A stretch of DNA of 63,536 nt, filler included, from Rhabdomonas costata (lineage: Eukaryota): the NCBI GenBank assembly GCA_019059605.1. It is 30 parts of 30 records of this genome, joined end to end, with 100 filler letters (N's around TTAATTAATTAA, not from the genome) between each part and the next. Parts side by side here need not be neighbours in the genome. Positions count along the whole stretch, not along the records: positions 12,731 to 14,752 come from JAHMHO010006335.1; positions 14,853 to 16,874 come from JAHMHO010006336.1; positions 16,975 to 18,996 come from JAHMHO010006337.1; positions 19,097 to 21,118 come from JAHMHO010006338.1; positions 21,219 to 23,240 come from JAHMHO010006339.1; positions 23,341 to 25,362 come from JAHMHO010006340.1; 24 more parts are not named here. The stretch is one strand, 5' to 3'. Positions 12,977 through 25,100 of the stretch are shown here, piece after piece. The notes below the pieces were generated by a model. That model was not told the DNA's origin, ran no database searches, and saw only the letters and a program-made list of their open reading frames with translations. The position numbers and the translations under genes were made by a program. How positions within the stretch are numbered: the stretch's first letter is position 1; every line of letters begins with the position of its first letter.

Positions 12977-14654
12977 GGGGAGGTTCTGGAGGACGCCATG
13001 CAGGAGCTCGCCGAGGAGCACCGGCTGGCCCTGATGCAAAGCAGGGCCCAGCAGTTGTCTGGGCTGGAGCACACTCCAGTCTTCCTGACCCCACTCAGCC
13101 CAACTCAGCTGAATACCGACCACCCCTTTGGGTTGACGGTCTCCTTGACAAAGGTCACAGGGAAGTCCGAGAAGCTTCGGCTTGGGCCTGGGCCTGTGGT
13201 GACGTGGTTCACAGAGGTATCCATCTCTTCCCTGCCGTGCTTCCCCCCACCCGCGCCCCCTCTCCCAGTGGTTTGTGATGTTTTCCCTCTCACAGATCTC
13301 AGAGGTGCGAGCTCTTCTTTTTTGGTATGTTTTTCTGACACAACACTGTGACACAAAATGACAGAGTGCTGGCCGCCTTTTTCCACCCTGCCGGATCCCT
13401 CGCTGGTGCACTGACATCTTTTAACAGATGAGTTTGCAGGCTGGGTGGCGATCGATTCCCTTTTGGACACAATGTGACGGACAGTCGAGCAAGCGTCGAG
13501 CATTTTGCCCGCCTTCTTGCAAATGCTCGCTGATGCACTGTCCTCTTCGATGTTTTGCCGCCCTTTCGCATCGGAAACCCGACGAAGTTGAAACGGATGT
13601 GCACCGCCGGTTCTTTCTGCATCACGGGTCACGGAGTTTTCCTACGAAATTTTGCTACCTGGCCGTTTGCAAGCACATTTTCGCTGCTTGCCCCCTCGAA
13701 ACATTCCACACAGGAGAAAGAGGACCTGGAGGACTGTCCCTCGGTCTGCACCCCCCGAAGCGAGGCCTCGCTCTCCCCACGAAGCTCCCTGAAGAAAGCC
13801 TCCCCCCGTGCTGGCACCGTGGACAGCCTGGTGTCCTCGCTGGGCGCTGCGCCTTCCAGCGCTGTCTCTCCTCGAGGGGCGGAGGCCGAAGATGGGAGAG
13901 GCGAAGCCGCACCCATGCCTGGGGTTGTGGTGGAGAACCCCCTGGCCTCCCCCGGTCACCGGGTCAGCTTCAGCATCCTGGTGGACGTGGAGGGAGGAGA
14001 CCATCTTACTTTGGCTTCCCCAGCGCCCCTGATGACCGAACCCCGGAAGAGGTTACTGAATGAATGTTTTTCGGGCAAGAGCTCCATGGGCATCGGCTTG
14101 TCGGCACCCCCCCCCCATGCACTCATGCACCCTCCGTTCGCCGTCAAACTTCTCAAACAGCAGTTGAGAAGATGGTCTGTCCTTGCCTCCGGGTTTCTGT
14201 CCTGGGATGCTGTTATGGCGGGCCATCACAATATTAGAAAGAGTGTTGCCACTGGTAATTGTCATCCCAAGTGGTGATGGCAAACATTGATTAAAAGGTA
14301 CCTGCGCGCTCTCCCCGAATCAATGCCATCCCATGATAAAAGTTCGCCCGCAAGACGGTCACGGAGAGAGGGGGGAGGGAGGGAGAGCGACGGAGAGATT
14401 TTCGAGCACTGCTGTCACCGCTTGAATTTCTTGCTTGTTGCTGGGAACAAAGCGATCTGCCAGCATGAGGACTTGGGAATGCACTTCTGGGACAACGGAG
14501 AAGCAATTGCGAGAATGCTAGGAGTAGGAGTGAGCTTCGCTCTCTTGTGCTTCGTTGACCCGTCCATCGTGCAGGGACAACCTCGCAGTACTTTTGGCCA
14601 CGCTCCGGTGTCTTCCTCGTACCAGCGCCTCCGCTCCAGCAAGGCCGAGACAAG
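12977..14654 (+). CDS. Hypothetical Ser/Pro-rich protein, internal exons (12977-13216, 13714-14051, 14575-14654)
   Basis: GC3-rich exons with phase-compatible GT-AG junctions (phase 0, then phase 2). Confidence 0.55.
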
Positions 14655-14877
14655 GTTTTCCCAGAAAGCCCTTCCGGCGCAGTGTGGAAAGGCCATCGAG
14701 GGTTTCCGCGCTGCTGGTGCGGCTGTTCGCGTGTCATCGTCGCCCAACCCCCNNNNNNNNNNNNNNNNNNNNNNNNNNNNNNNNNNNNNNNNNNNNTTAA
14801 TTAATTAANNNNNNNNNNNNNNNNNNNNNNNNNNNNNNNNNNNNNNNNNNNNGGTTGGGTTGTGCAAGGATACTAAC

Positions 14878-15946
14878 CTGTGATACGTTTCCGCGAGCAG
14901 CAGAAGGGCCTCCTCTCGAAGCTCCTCATCGGAGAACTTGAGCCCCAGTAGAGCTTTCAATGTTCCGACAACCTTGCCCTTCTTATGCCCTGCACACCCA
15001 CAGTGAACGCGCATCGAAAAAAATGAGCACCAAAAATTGAAAAACCAAATGCTTCGCGATTCACTTGTGCGAAGCTGATCTCTATTCAAAGTTAAGCATC
15101 TGAACAGGTTTGGCAGGTGGCGCAAAACATTCGAAGCACCACGCTGCTGCGATGGGAACACGTTTGTGGAAAATAAGAGGCTGAACCTTTCAATGCGTCA
15201 ATGAAGGTTGCAGGGTGGTGGGTGGGTGGACACGGGGGGCGAGCTTCTTGCCTCGGTCAATGTGAAGATCTGCTTTGGCTTTGAGCAAGCGGGCTGCCTC
15301 GTCGGGGTCAGAGTACTTAAGTGCCGCGGCAGCCCTCTTCAGGCAGTAAGTAGCCTCGTCGTACTGCCCCTGCTCCATGTACCGGAGATGAAGCTGAGGC
15401 AAAAAACAGTTGAGCGTCACTCGCGCGGGGTTTAAGGTTGTGATTCCAACACATTTGCCTGTTCTTCACATACACTTTCTTAACCCCATCACTAGCCCTG
15501 TAGCAAGCCTCTAATTTCCCGATGATGAGGTCCATCAATCCTTTCCCAAGCCGGGACGACCTTTGGTACGGGACCGAAACATTCTGACCTCTTCTTGCCG
15601 AGATGTTCATCGGCAGCAGATCGAACAAGCCGGAAAAGGAGTGGCACTGACCTCAGAACTCAACACAAAACCAGAAACCGTTCCAAGACTACACGCACAA
15701 CGGCTTCCTGGCATTGTTCGGTGCCTTCAGAAAACTGAGCATCCACGGGCCAAACCTTTTTCCACAGCTCCCAGTCCACTCTCTGGAGGTGAGCCTGGAG
15801 CATCATCAGCTCCGTGGCCTTGCGGTGGCACGCCCGCTTGGGCACCGTCTCATAGATGGAGGCCAACAGCTGAAAGGCGTGGGCAGTGGGCCGCCTCGCA
15901 ATCGCCTCTCTTACCAGCTGCACCACTTCCCGGAAGCGCCCAGGGC
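14878..15946 (-). CDS. TPR protein resembling TFIIIC subunit Tfc4/tau131/GTF3C3 (exons 15946-15756, 15393-15252 or 15234, 14989-14878)
   Basis: VREAIARRP.AHAFQLLASIYE...KA..LMMLQAHL...DWELWKKL...MEQGQYDEATYCLKRA matches the AAHL.P.D...W..L and QA.YC..A pattern of the Tfc4 N-terminal TPR array. Confidence 0.6.
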
Positions 15947-16457
15947 CTATTGTACAGTGGCAGAATAAATGACGTGCCGCAGTTCTTACCTGTTTTTGCT
16001 GCTTTTCGTCCTGTTCGTTGTGTGTCGACCCCAACCTCTTACTTTTGAGATGACGCCTCCAGGTATATCAGCTTTTTCACCAACCGCTGTTTGGATTCCA
16101 AGTCCGAAAATTTTCTCGGCGGTTTTTTTTAGGTGACCATACAAGAAAGAAAAATCTGAAAAGCAGAACATGGACTGAACCCAGCAGAGCGAAAAAACAC
16201 GCCATCTGGTGTCAACATTTCTGCGTACTGCGCATATGTTTGGCAAACGCTCGGGCGTCTCCACGACCCCAACCGGCGCGCTGCCCCCAGCTGCGGGGAC
16301 CACGAGCAACGAGGAGACGGAAATCCTGTTCACGCGCTGTCTCCTCTCACGTGCGGTGCTGGAGGTCGCGCCCTCCACCCGCCACAGACATGCCCACGTG
16401 CTGTCATCTGGCACTCCTTCCCCCCTCACGTCCTGGTTCTGTAACCTTCGGTTTCCC

Positions 16458-16874
16458 GTGGACGTGTTTTCTGTGCTGTTTGCCTGGGCTTGCGGGGAGA
16501 AATCAAAAGTTTCCGAAGGAAATTCTAATCTTGCTGCGGCAGCAAGATATGGCAAATACCCCAATAACCATAACCAACAGCCAAATACCCCAATAACAGA
16601 CAAATACCCCAATAACCAAGAGCCAGTTGGCTGTTCCAAAAGCAGTGAGATGAACGAAAATATGCCCAGCTTGCTGGAAAACAACCACTAGAAGACCACG
16701 CATAAGTCAACCCCCTGTCGTCACCTCGCTTCGCCCATCCTGTCAGAGTGGACGTGTTTTCTGTGCTGTTTGCCTGGGCTTGCGGGGAGAAATCAAAAGT
16801 TTCCGAAGGAAATTCTAATCTTGCTGCGGCAGCAAGATATGGCAAATACCCCAATAACCATAACCAACAGCCAA
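16458..16874 (+). repeat. 127-bp exact direct repeat (16458-16584 and 16748-16874) plus a short CAAATACCCCAATAAC tandem motif
   Basis: Read directly. The second copy runs into the contig end. Confidence 0.9.
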
Positions 16875-19800
16875 NNNNNNNNNNNNNNNNNNNNNNNNNN
16901 NNNNNNNNNNNNNNNNNNTTAATTAATTAANNNNNNNNNNNNNNNNNNNNNNNNNNNNNNNNNNNNNNNNNNNNGGTTTTTGGGCCACACAAGGATTCCT
17001 GCGAATGTCGAGTTTTCTACGGGCGTTTGAAACCTTTCCTTTTGCGAGGAGAGGCTTCAGCATATTAAGTTGGCTCGCCAATTCGTGGGTTGTTGTGACA
17101 CCACGTTTTGCTGCTCTTTTGAGGTTTCTTCTTGTCACAGAAGACCAATGCTGGGCCCGCAACCCGTTTGTGAAGGCCGCCATCTCCGACCTCAAGGTAA
17201 TTCCTCGCAGGAACTTTCAGATTTGCTTAGGAGAAGAAAAGGATAGGAACGGAAATTTGGGCCGATATGGTCCAGAGTTAGGAAGCAAGGCCTCTTACCA
17301 TTGCACTTCATTTGCTGCTGGTTCCTTCCCATTTTTTCTTTTCCATTACCACCTTCCTCCATCGCCCTTCATAAAGCTGGTTTTCCCTTTCCGATTAAGT
17401 CCCCCCACCCAGCCTTCCTTGCACTTTAGCGAAACAACACTAAGCAATCGTCTTTCTGTTCTCTTACCGCCACCGGCGGCCCCATAAGTGTTGTCGTTCC
17501 ATGGCATACTTCAGGCACCAATGGTTTAATGACAACTTGTTCCAGCCCCCCCCCCCGCTCCTTTTTTACCTCCTCACACCCTATTGCCGGTAAAACGTTT
17601 GACTCCTCCCAAAACTCTTTCGTTTTATTTTCTGACTTTATAAGTCGTTGTTGCTGCTTAAATGTAAATTTCGAAGCTGAAGCATTCAAATCAAACCTTC
17701 CCCCCATGGGTTGTGGGTACCACCCATATTCGTGATGCGTGTTCCTCAGTTTGACTGCTGCTCTCCGCCGGAGCCTGAGAGCCCGTCACAGATCTGAGCA
17801 GGTGCTCCTCTCCTTTTTTCTGACGCCTTGGACCGCTTTTTCTGGTGGTGGTGAGGAGAATTCTTGTTTCATTTGGGGAAAATCGGCGGCAGTTTACTCT
17901 CCCAATTGCTTCTCCTCGCCCTCTGTCCCATCTTTTGCTGTGTGCCGCCCTCTGTCGCAGTTTTTGGTCGGCGTTTCGGTAGGTGCCCAATCAACCATTC
18001 CTTCATAGTTGCTTTCGACATGTTCTCTTTTTTACGTTTTGCTTGTTTCCCTCCTTCTACTCCCTCCAAGTTCCCTCCTACTTCTTTTTTTTTGGGGGGG
18101 GGGGGTAGCCCCTCCCCCGCTGAGTGGAAGCACCCCTCTCGTCAAGCAAACCGCTTTTTCTGTTTTCAATTTAGCTGATTTGCTGCATTGCCTCGTACAA
18201 GCTGTCACGCTTGCTCTAAGATTGTTTGCATTCAGTTGTCAAGAGACAAAACCTTTTTCAACCATGGTATCAACGTTGCGGTGTTTTTTTTTGGGGGGGG
18301 GGCATCACTCTCCTAACCGCATACCGCTTGAACAGCTTTTGGTTCGTGTTTGCATGTGAACGTGCTCAGGAATGAGGCCGGACCAGTTGGACGCCTTTGT
18401 GCCGTACCCTGCTGCCCCATCTTTTGGGCTTGTCGGGATTCTGCACTGCGCTGGGACTGGACGGATGGGACCGTTGGGACGCACCGTACTTTGTTTGGCT
18501 ATTGTGTAATTGCCTTCTTGCAAGCTCGTATATCAAATGACGCAATTGTACCACTGCTTTCTCTCAACGGTGGTTGAATTATATTTTAACAGGCCCTTCT
18601 GACCCGCACAGGAGAACTAGAAGCGGGTGTGCGGTCGGAATAATATTTTTAATTGTGAACGCAGTCCTCTCTCGAACTGTGCGAAGTTGTCCTTTAACCC
18701 TTTAGTCGCTCCTTTTTGTTTTTGCGCCTTTTCTTGCGAGGGTTAGTTGTCCACACCCACAACATCAATACCCCCCCTCAAAAAATGAGACAACTGGCTG
18801 GAGGACCCAACCCTTTTCAACTCACGTTCCAACAAAGTCTTCGCATCCTCAGTGCCGCTTAATCATTTTGCATTGGGAGCCCCTGACATATCCGACCACC
18901 AGGCTGGCGGCTTCGGCCCTGGGCTGGGAACTATGCTGGGAACTGTAAAACCATGTGGTCCGGTTTCTAGGCACATTTGTCTTTCCACCAACCACCNNNN
19001 NNNNNNNNNNNNNNNNNNNNNNNNNNNNNNNNNNNNNNNNTTAATTAATTAANNNNNNNNNNNNNNNNNNNNNNNNNNNNNNNNNNNNNNNNNNNNTGAG
19101 GGTCCGGCACAGCGCCAAAGCAAGTGCCAAATGAGAGAGGCTGCAAGTGAGAGTGAAAGGGGTGAACTCAAAGCTGAGCAGCTGACTGATCTCTTGCAAT
19201 ACTGGAGTGAAGGAAGTTTCGACCCCCCGACGGAGTCGTTGGGCCTCTTTCTGCAAGGCTCCTACTCCACCTGCCTAGAACACTCTTCGTCACGTTCTTT
19301 GCATCTGAGTTCAGAGGAGGTTGGTTCTGTGGGCTCGACGCGAATAGCGAATAGGGAAGAGGAGGGAAGTGGGGAGGGAAGCTGGTGCAGGTGCAGCAGG
19401 GTAAGAAAAACACGGAACATGAGAAAGCAAACTAAATTTAGTGTCGCTCAATTAGCCACTGTTTTTTTTTTCGCCTTGGGAGAATTTTTCTTGGAATAAA
19501 AACAAAAAACTGGGAAAACCGGAAAATGTTTCTTTCTAACCACCACTTCCCTTCTGGCATTATTCTTTCATCCGTCACATTTTCAACCCACCATTTCCCT
19601 ATTCGCACACTTTCCTTCTCTTATCTCATGCTTTCCATCTGCCTTCTCTTTTCTTTTCTCTGCGAAATCGATGTTCACGGTTTTTCTAGCCTACCTCAGG
19701 CATGGACACCCCTCTGTTAGGGTATTCCCCTGTGGATCATTGCTGTTTAAAAATGTTTGAATGACAAAAAACCTCACGAATTGCTAACACCAACACAACT

Positions 19801-20540
19801 TTTTTCGGCATGCAATGCCGTCGCACAATTTTTTTTCAAGCTTCAATACTTTGGGTAGGACACATTCCACGCCTACTGTTCAGTGAAAGCTCCACGTGCA
19901 ACATCTACAGCAAACAGCACACAACAAAAGATATAGATGTCGGCAGGTGGTACAGAAAACACGTTCCTCCCATTTTTCCAGCCCTGCTACATCCACACAC
20001 AGGAAACACGCGTCGAAAAGCAGGCCCCCAGTATGCAGGTACATCCATGCATGCGCGACCTCTTTCGTCAGGGCATCCCTTCTACTTTTGCAAAGTGAAA
20101 TTTACACTGGCGCCCTCCCTCAAACTCATTGGAATGGGGTCTCCTCCGATCGCTTTTTTTTTCAACGTTTGTTGCGTGCTGAGCTAAAGGGCAAGAGTAC
20201 CCTTGCTGAACACGCCCATTAAAATACAGCAAGAAGAGCGGGTGCAGAAAAGCGAGCCTCCCACCACAATGCTTTTGAGTAGGGAGGGGGAACCCGTGTG
20301 AGCAGAAGCTCTCGCCTTGAGGCGGTGACTGCGAGTAGCAGTAGAACTCTGTAAGGCGGTTGACGTGTGCGAACCCAGGACAGAAACCGGACGCACGTGA
20401 GAATTTGCTACTTGTTTTTGCAATTTGTTTCGGGTGATACGAAGGAGCACAGGATATCTCTATCCGCTCCTCTGAAACCGAGTGCATGAATGCATGAAAC
20501 AGAAACCTGTTCCAGCGCAACGCAAACCACACTCGCACAC

Positions 20541-20697
20541 CTTTGACTGGGGGGTGGTCTAAAAAGTTCCACTGGGTGATCTTTAGGTTGGACTCGTTGA
20601 AGGCCGCCAGGACCTCCTGGCGGTGCTTCGGGTCCAGGCTGCTGGCTCCTCCCACCCCGAGGTCCTTGCGCTGCCACTGCTCGAACAGCTCAATCAC
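20541..20697 (-). CDS. Hypothetical protein internal exon (VIELFEQWQRKD...QWNFLDHPPVK)
   Basis: CAG| acceptor, |GTGTGC donor, GC3-rich codons. Confidence 0.5.
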
Positions 20698-21281
20698 CTG
20701 CTGCGCCTCACGGGCCCGCTGTAAAGCTTCCGCCGCAAGTCATCGCCTTCCACAAAGATGCGGTCCACCTTTTCAAAACCCCACCACCCCCTACCAACAA
20801 ATATTCCTTTCCCTTCCCTCCCGCGCTCGCGACAAAACCTCCAAGCATCTGTGAGTTGAGTGTGAGAGATCAACTCACTATTTTGTGAGCTTGTTTCCAG
20901 CCAAATTCTGTGAAGGACCTTGAAATCCTCCGCCATTGAGGGCACACACGGAGAGGGTCTCGAACAAGAGGGGGGGGGAACGAAGGAAGCTGAAGTTGAA
21001 GTTTTAGTCTTTGTGCGTGATACAAGTGCACGAGGCGGCTCAAACGCAACTGTCGCAAAAGTTAAGCAGGTGGTTCGCTGGTGTGTAGGTCGGTAGCTTC
21101 AACTTTTCGCAGGCTCGGNNNNNNNNNNNNNNNNNNNNNNNNNNNNNNNNNNNNNNNNNNNNTTAATTAATTAANNNNNNNNNNNNNNNNNNNNNNNNNN
21201 NNNNNNNNNNNNNNNNNNGGTGTGTTTTTTGGGTTTTGCTGGCGCTGTTTGGGTTGGTTTGTCGTGATTTATTTTGCGCAG

Positions 21282-22146
21282 GTATAAAACTTCGCTTTGT
21301 AGACAGTTTGCGATGACAGGAACATGTCCCTATGGAGGTGTGCCGCTTTTGCGCATGCTCGTTTGGGTGCGGTTTCCGTGTCAACCCGAAAACTCGAGCA
21401 ATGTCCCGTTTTTTCCCGCATTCACTGGCTTATTCTTTTTGCTCTTCATTTTTTCATTTGTTCCCACAATTTGCCTCTTACATGCGCCGATCTGTCTTCC
21501 AGCTGTGTGCAGTAAACAATGATGTCATGGTATACCCGGTTTGGATTTGGGGGGCAGAGAGGGCGGAAAGAAAGCGAGGACCCGAAAGATGACGAAACTT
21601 CTTCCCTCTTTCGGATTGAAAAAACTGCTCTTTCTTTTCTTTCGATGGGGGCGGTGACGGTTCGGTCGGTACGGGAGAATTTCGTCAAAAACTGCGAATA
21701 TAATTGTTTCTTTCAGAAACTTTTGCTTTCTCAGAAAACAGGGGAACACTTTCCACGGCAATGTTTGCGCACAAGGCCAACGTTCAAAGTTCTAAGACAA
21801 CACAAAATGGGCGGGCGGCAGGGCTGCGGATGTCTCGACACAAACAGAAGGCAGCTGCGAGAAAACAACAGTCTTTTCTTCAGGTGCTTTCTGCGCTGAG
21901 ATGTCGGTTTTAACAGGGCTATAAAACTACTCATGTGAAGTTGATGTCCAAGAGCCTTCTTATTGGCGTGGGTTGACGTTGCCAGAGTGCTCCCCCGTCC
22001 CTTGTCATCCGAGTGTCTTTGCGTGCGCAGACATCTGCGTGTTTGCTCACGGCCCGAGCGAGCTCCGCAGCGTCGCTAATAACGCCGCGGTGGTTCGCTC
22101 CCTGGGACGTCTGGCCGAGAACCTCGCCATGCGCACGGGCGTGACG
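21282..22146 (+). CDS. CCCH (C-x8-C-x5-C-x3-H) TIS11-type zinc-finger RNA-binding protein, partial (exons 21282-21337, 22031-22146)
   Basis: Spliced product YKTSLCRQFAMTGTCPYG|DICVFAHGPSELRSVANN. A phase-1 GT-AG intron splits the finger. Confidence 0.92.
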
Positions 22147-25100
22147 GTGTGGGGACCAGACAGTTCTTCATTTCATTTCTGCTAAGCTCATACACTCACA
22201 GCTCATAGAACGTGGTGCTGCTTTTCTCATCCGTTTGTCTTCTGATTACTCCTGTGCCTGCAGTATGTGCGGTTCTGTAGCAAATGAGTTACTGACCAAA
22301 CTCGAAATGAAAAGGGGCGTGAAACGGGCAATAATTCTAATTCTCCCTTTTCCACCTCGTCAATATATAGGCCGGCAGGGCACAGGTCCCGTTGGGACAT
22401 TTTGCCATCATGGTTTCTGACTCAATATTCCCTGTATGTGGGGACTGGGACAGAATTTGGACTGAATGCCTAAAATAGGCAAAAAAAAAAAAGGCGAAAA
22501 TGAGCTGTGACCTACGGGTCATTGCGAGTGGAATTCGACTGCTGTATTTTCGAAAGTCTTCAGGAGACCCCGTCATTTCAGGGGGGTAAACGGGAATGAG
22601 ACTTTGTGTGCCATTCGATTATGTGTGTGGCTCATGCTGCGGGTGGTACGATCTTTCGGAAGGAGTCGAGCCTGATCGCCGAATTGATGAACTCTGCAGT
22701 GGGCTTATCCTCTTGGCTTTTGGATATCCTGCAAGTCCGCCTTCCCCTGCCACCGGCGCTGTCCACGTTTTCTACAGAACCTTCACTCCCTGGGACCTGT
22801 GCGATACCGCAAGAAGAAGAAGCGCTCGGGCGCCGCCGCTTCCTCGTCATCGTCTGCTGCAGCGCCAGAGGCAGGCTCTGGCTCTCAAAGTGCCTCCATG
22901 TTTCCCGGCGCTGACCTATGAGGAGTTTTTAACGAGTCGTCGACCACGTTCGCATATTGGTGGTTTGACACCCCCATGCGCCCATGGTTCTCTATCCCAC
23001 CGAATCTCTGCAATACCACGTGTGCCTTCTTTTTTTTTGCCGCAATAGTTTCCTTCCACTGCTGCTTCTGCTGTTGCGGGCATCACTGTCGCACTGTACC
23101 CCGGTGCATAGGACTCGCTGCTTCTTTGTCACTGTGCGAGTAGTGATGCAGGGTACCCCCTCCTCTCTCTCTCTCCAGCTTTCATCGCTTTGTTTGCATA
23201 CACTTTCTTCTTCCCCTCCCCTCCCCCCCATTCGTTGGTANNNNNNNNNNNNNNNNNNNNNNNNNNNNNNNNNNNNNNNNNNNNTTAATTAATTAANNNN
23301 NNNNNNNNNNNNNNNNNNNNNNNNNNNNNNNNNNNNNNNNTTGTTTTGGTGCGGTCATCTGCGTGCCGGGCTGTCCCTAGGGGGCGTTTGTGGGAGATTT
23401 GCGTTGCTCTGCTCCGTTCGCCCGTGGTTGTTGACCTTCCTCCATACAAACGTCGAGGGTGTCGTCGAGGGTGTCGTGTGGGCTACATGAATATTTTTTC
23501 TGTACTGTTTCTGCTCTTTTCCTTGTGGTTGCATAAACAAACACACACTCTGTCAGCGTCAGGCGTCAGGTTGGCTGCTCATGGGAAACCATTCGCTTGT
23601 AGGAGTTGTGCACGCCACAACCAAAGCCCGTGTACGAGCTGTGGTTGGAGACTCCACCTTCCTCTGCTCTGGAGACCTCAGTGCAGCCATCTTGCGCGAG
23701 ACCTATCCTTCATATCTTGCCATGCTTTTTGTGGCACCTCTGCATGCAGCAGCTGGTTGCCGCCCTATATTCGGCCTACTTTCCTGTTTCCTGTGCATCC
23801 TTCAGTTTCTGGGATGAGCCCTGCACCTGCCCTTTTGCGTGGCCGCTTGCTCCCGTGCGTCGGGTGTGAGTGGATCGGGTAGAGGCGAGGGTTGCTGAGA
23901 GAGAAATGTAAACCTTCTCTCTTCTTGGTTTCTAGTTTTGGTGTGTCCTCGCTGTTGGTTTGCTTGTCCAACGCCCCGCACTGTGGAGTTATGGTGTGGC
24001 GTTGGGCAGTTGAGGTCGTGACCAGTCCGCTGAGCCCGTGAGCGCTAGATCGCCTGTGGTAATTACTAGTGGTTTGCTCCGCCAAATCCTCCTTTTCAGG
24101 TGGTTACACACGGTGCCAGTACCATGTGCTCTCTCCCCACCACCGCCGTCTCCTCAACTGCCCTCTCCTCTCTCGTCCTCCCTCGTTTTCGATACTGGAA
24201 AGCTTTTCTCAGAGTGCATAAATTCTGAACACCCCCCCTCCTCCAACTCTCAAGTGCCGCCTTCCATCTCCTCATGTCTCTGCTTGGAATGCGTTAGTGT
24301 GAATTCACTTTGATCAAAAGGTTCGTCGAATGCTCATGCCATGTCATCGCACGACCGTGTACCTTTGGTGAGTTTTGTGGTAGTTCCCAGGGAGTGTTCA
24401 TGTGGGAACTTTTCGGCGTTTTCTTATTGCCCCTCTCTCTCTCCCGTTTTTGTTTTCTCTCTCTGCCAAATTGCAAGTAGAATTTCCTTGTGGTCCCAAT
24501 GTTCTGTTAGACCCCCATGAGCACTAGTTGAAGTGCTGCCATCGTCACAGTCCCGGGGTCGACATGCAAAGGGTAGGCGACAAACCCATTCAAAACGAAC
24601 AGGCAGACGTTGGGAGAGAGTGGCTTGGGGGAAGAACAGGCACCTCCCGTCGTGGGTGGCGCGTGCCACACCTTGCCTATCTTTGCTGCTTCACCCATGG
24701 GTTCCCAGCCTTGCCACCCACGCACGACTTCTCTTCCTCGTGGTTCATCTTTTCTTTTGTTTCCTTTTGGCACCTTTTCATGCACTTTTTCACTTTTCCG
24801 TTTTTAGGACTTTACGGTTTTTCTGTTGCTGCCGGCGGTATTTGTCCCTGTGAAGTGTGTGGTCCATTCCACATGAGCAAGGGAGCTCATGGTAAGTCCA
24901 CTGGATGTCTTTGTGTTGATTAGTGTTGATTGCTGCTGCTGCGGCCAATGAAACGATGTCCTATACGGACCTCCTTCGCATTTACTTGGAATGTGGGCGC
25001 CCCTTGGAGTGGAAGGATGCTTCGTGAATGTTTCCTGAGTATCTCCCTGCCTATTTTGTAGAACGTATCATTCTGTTATTTTCGTGATTCATTTACCTGC

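Noticed and set aside
16458-16874. 127-bp direct repeat as a possible LTR pair
   Set aside because: Only about 160 bp lie between the copies, there is no coding content or PBS, and it is truncated at the contig end. A local duplication or assembly artefact is more likely.
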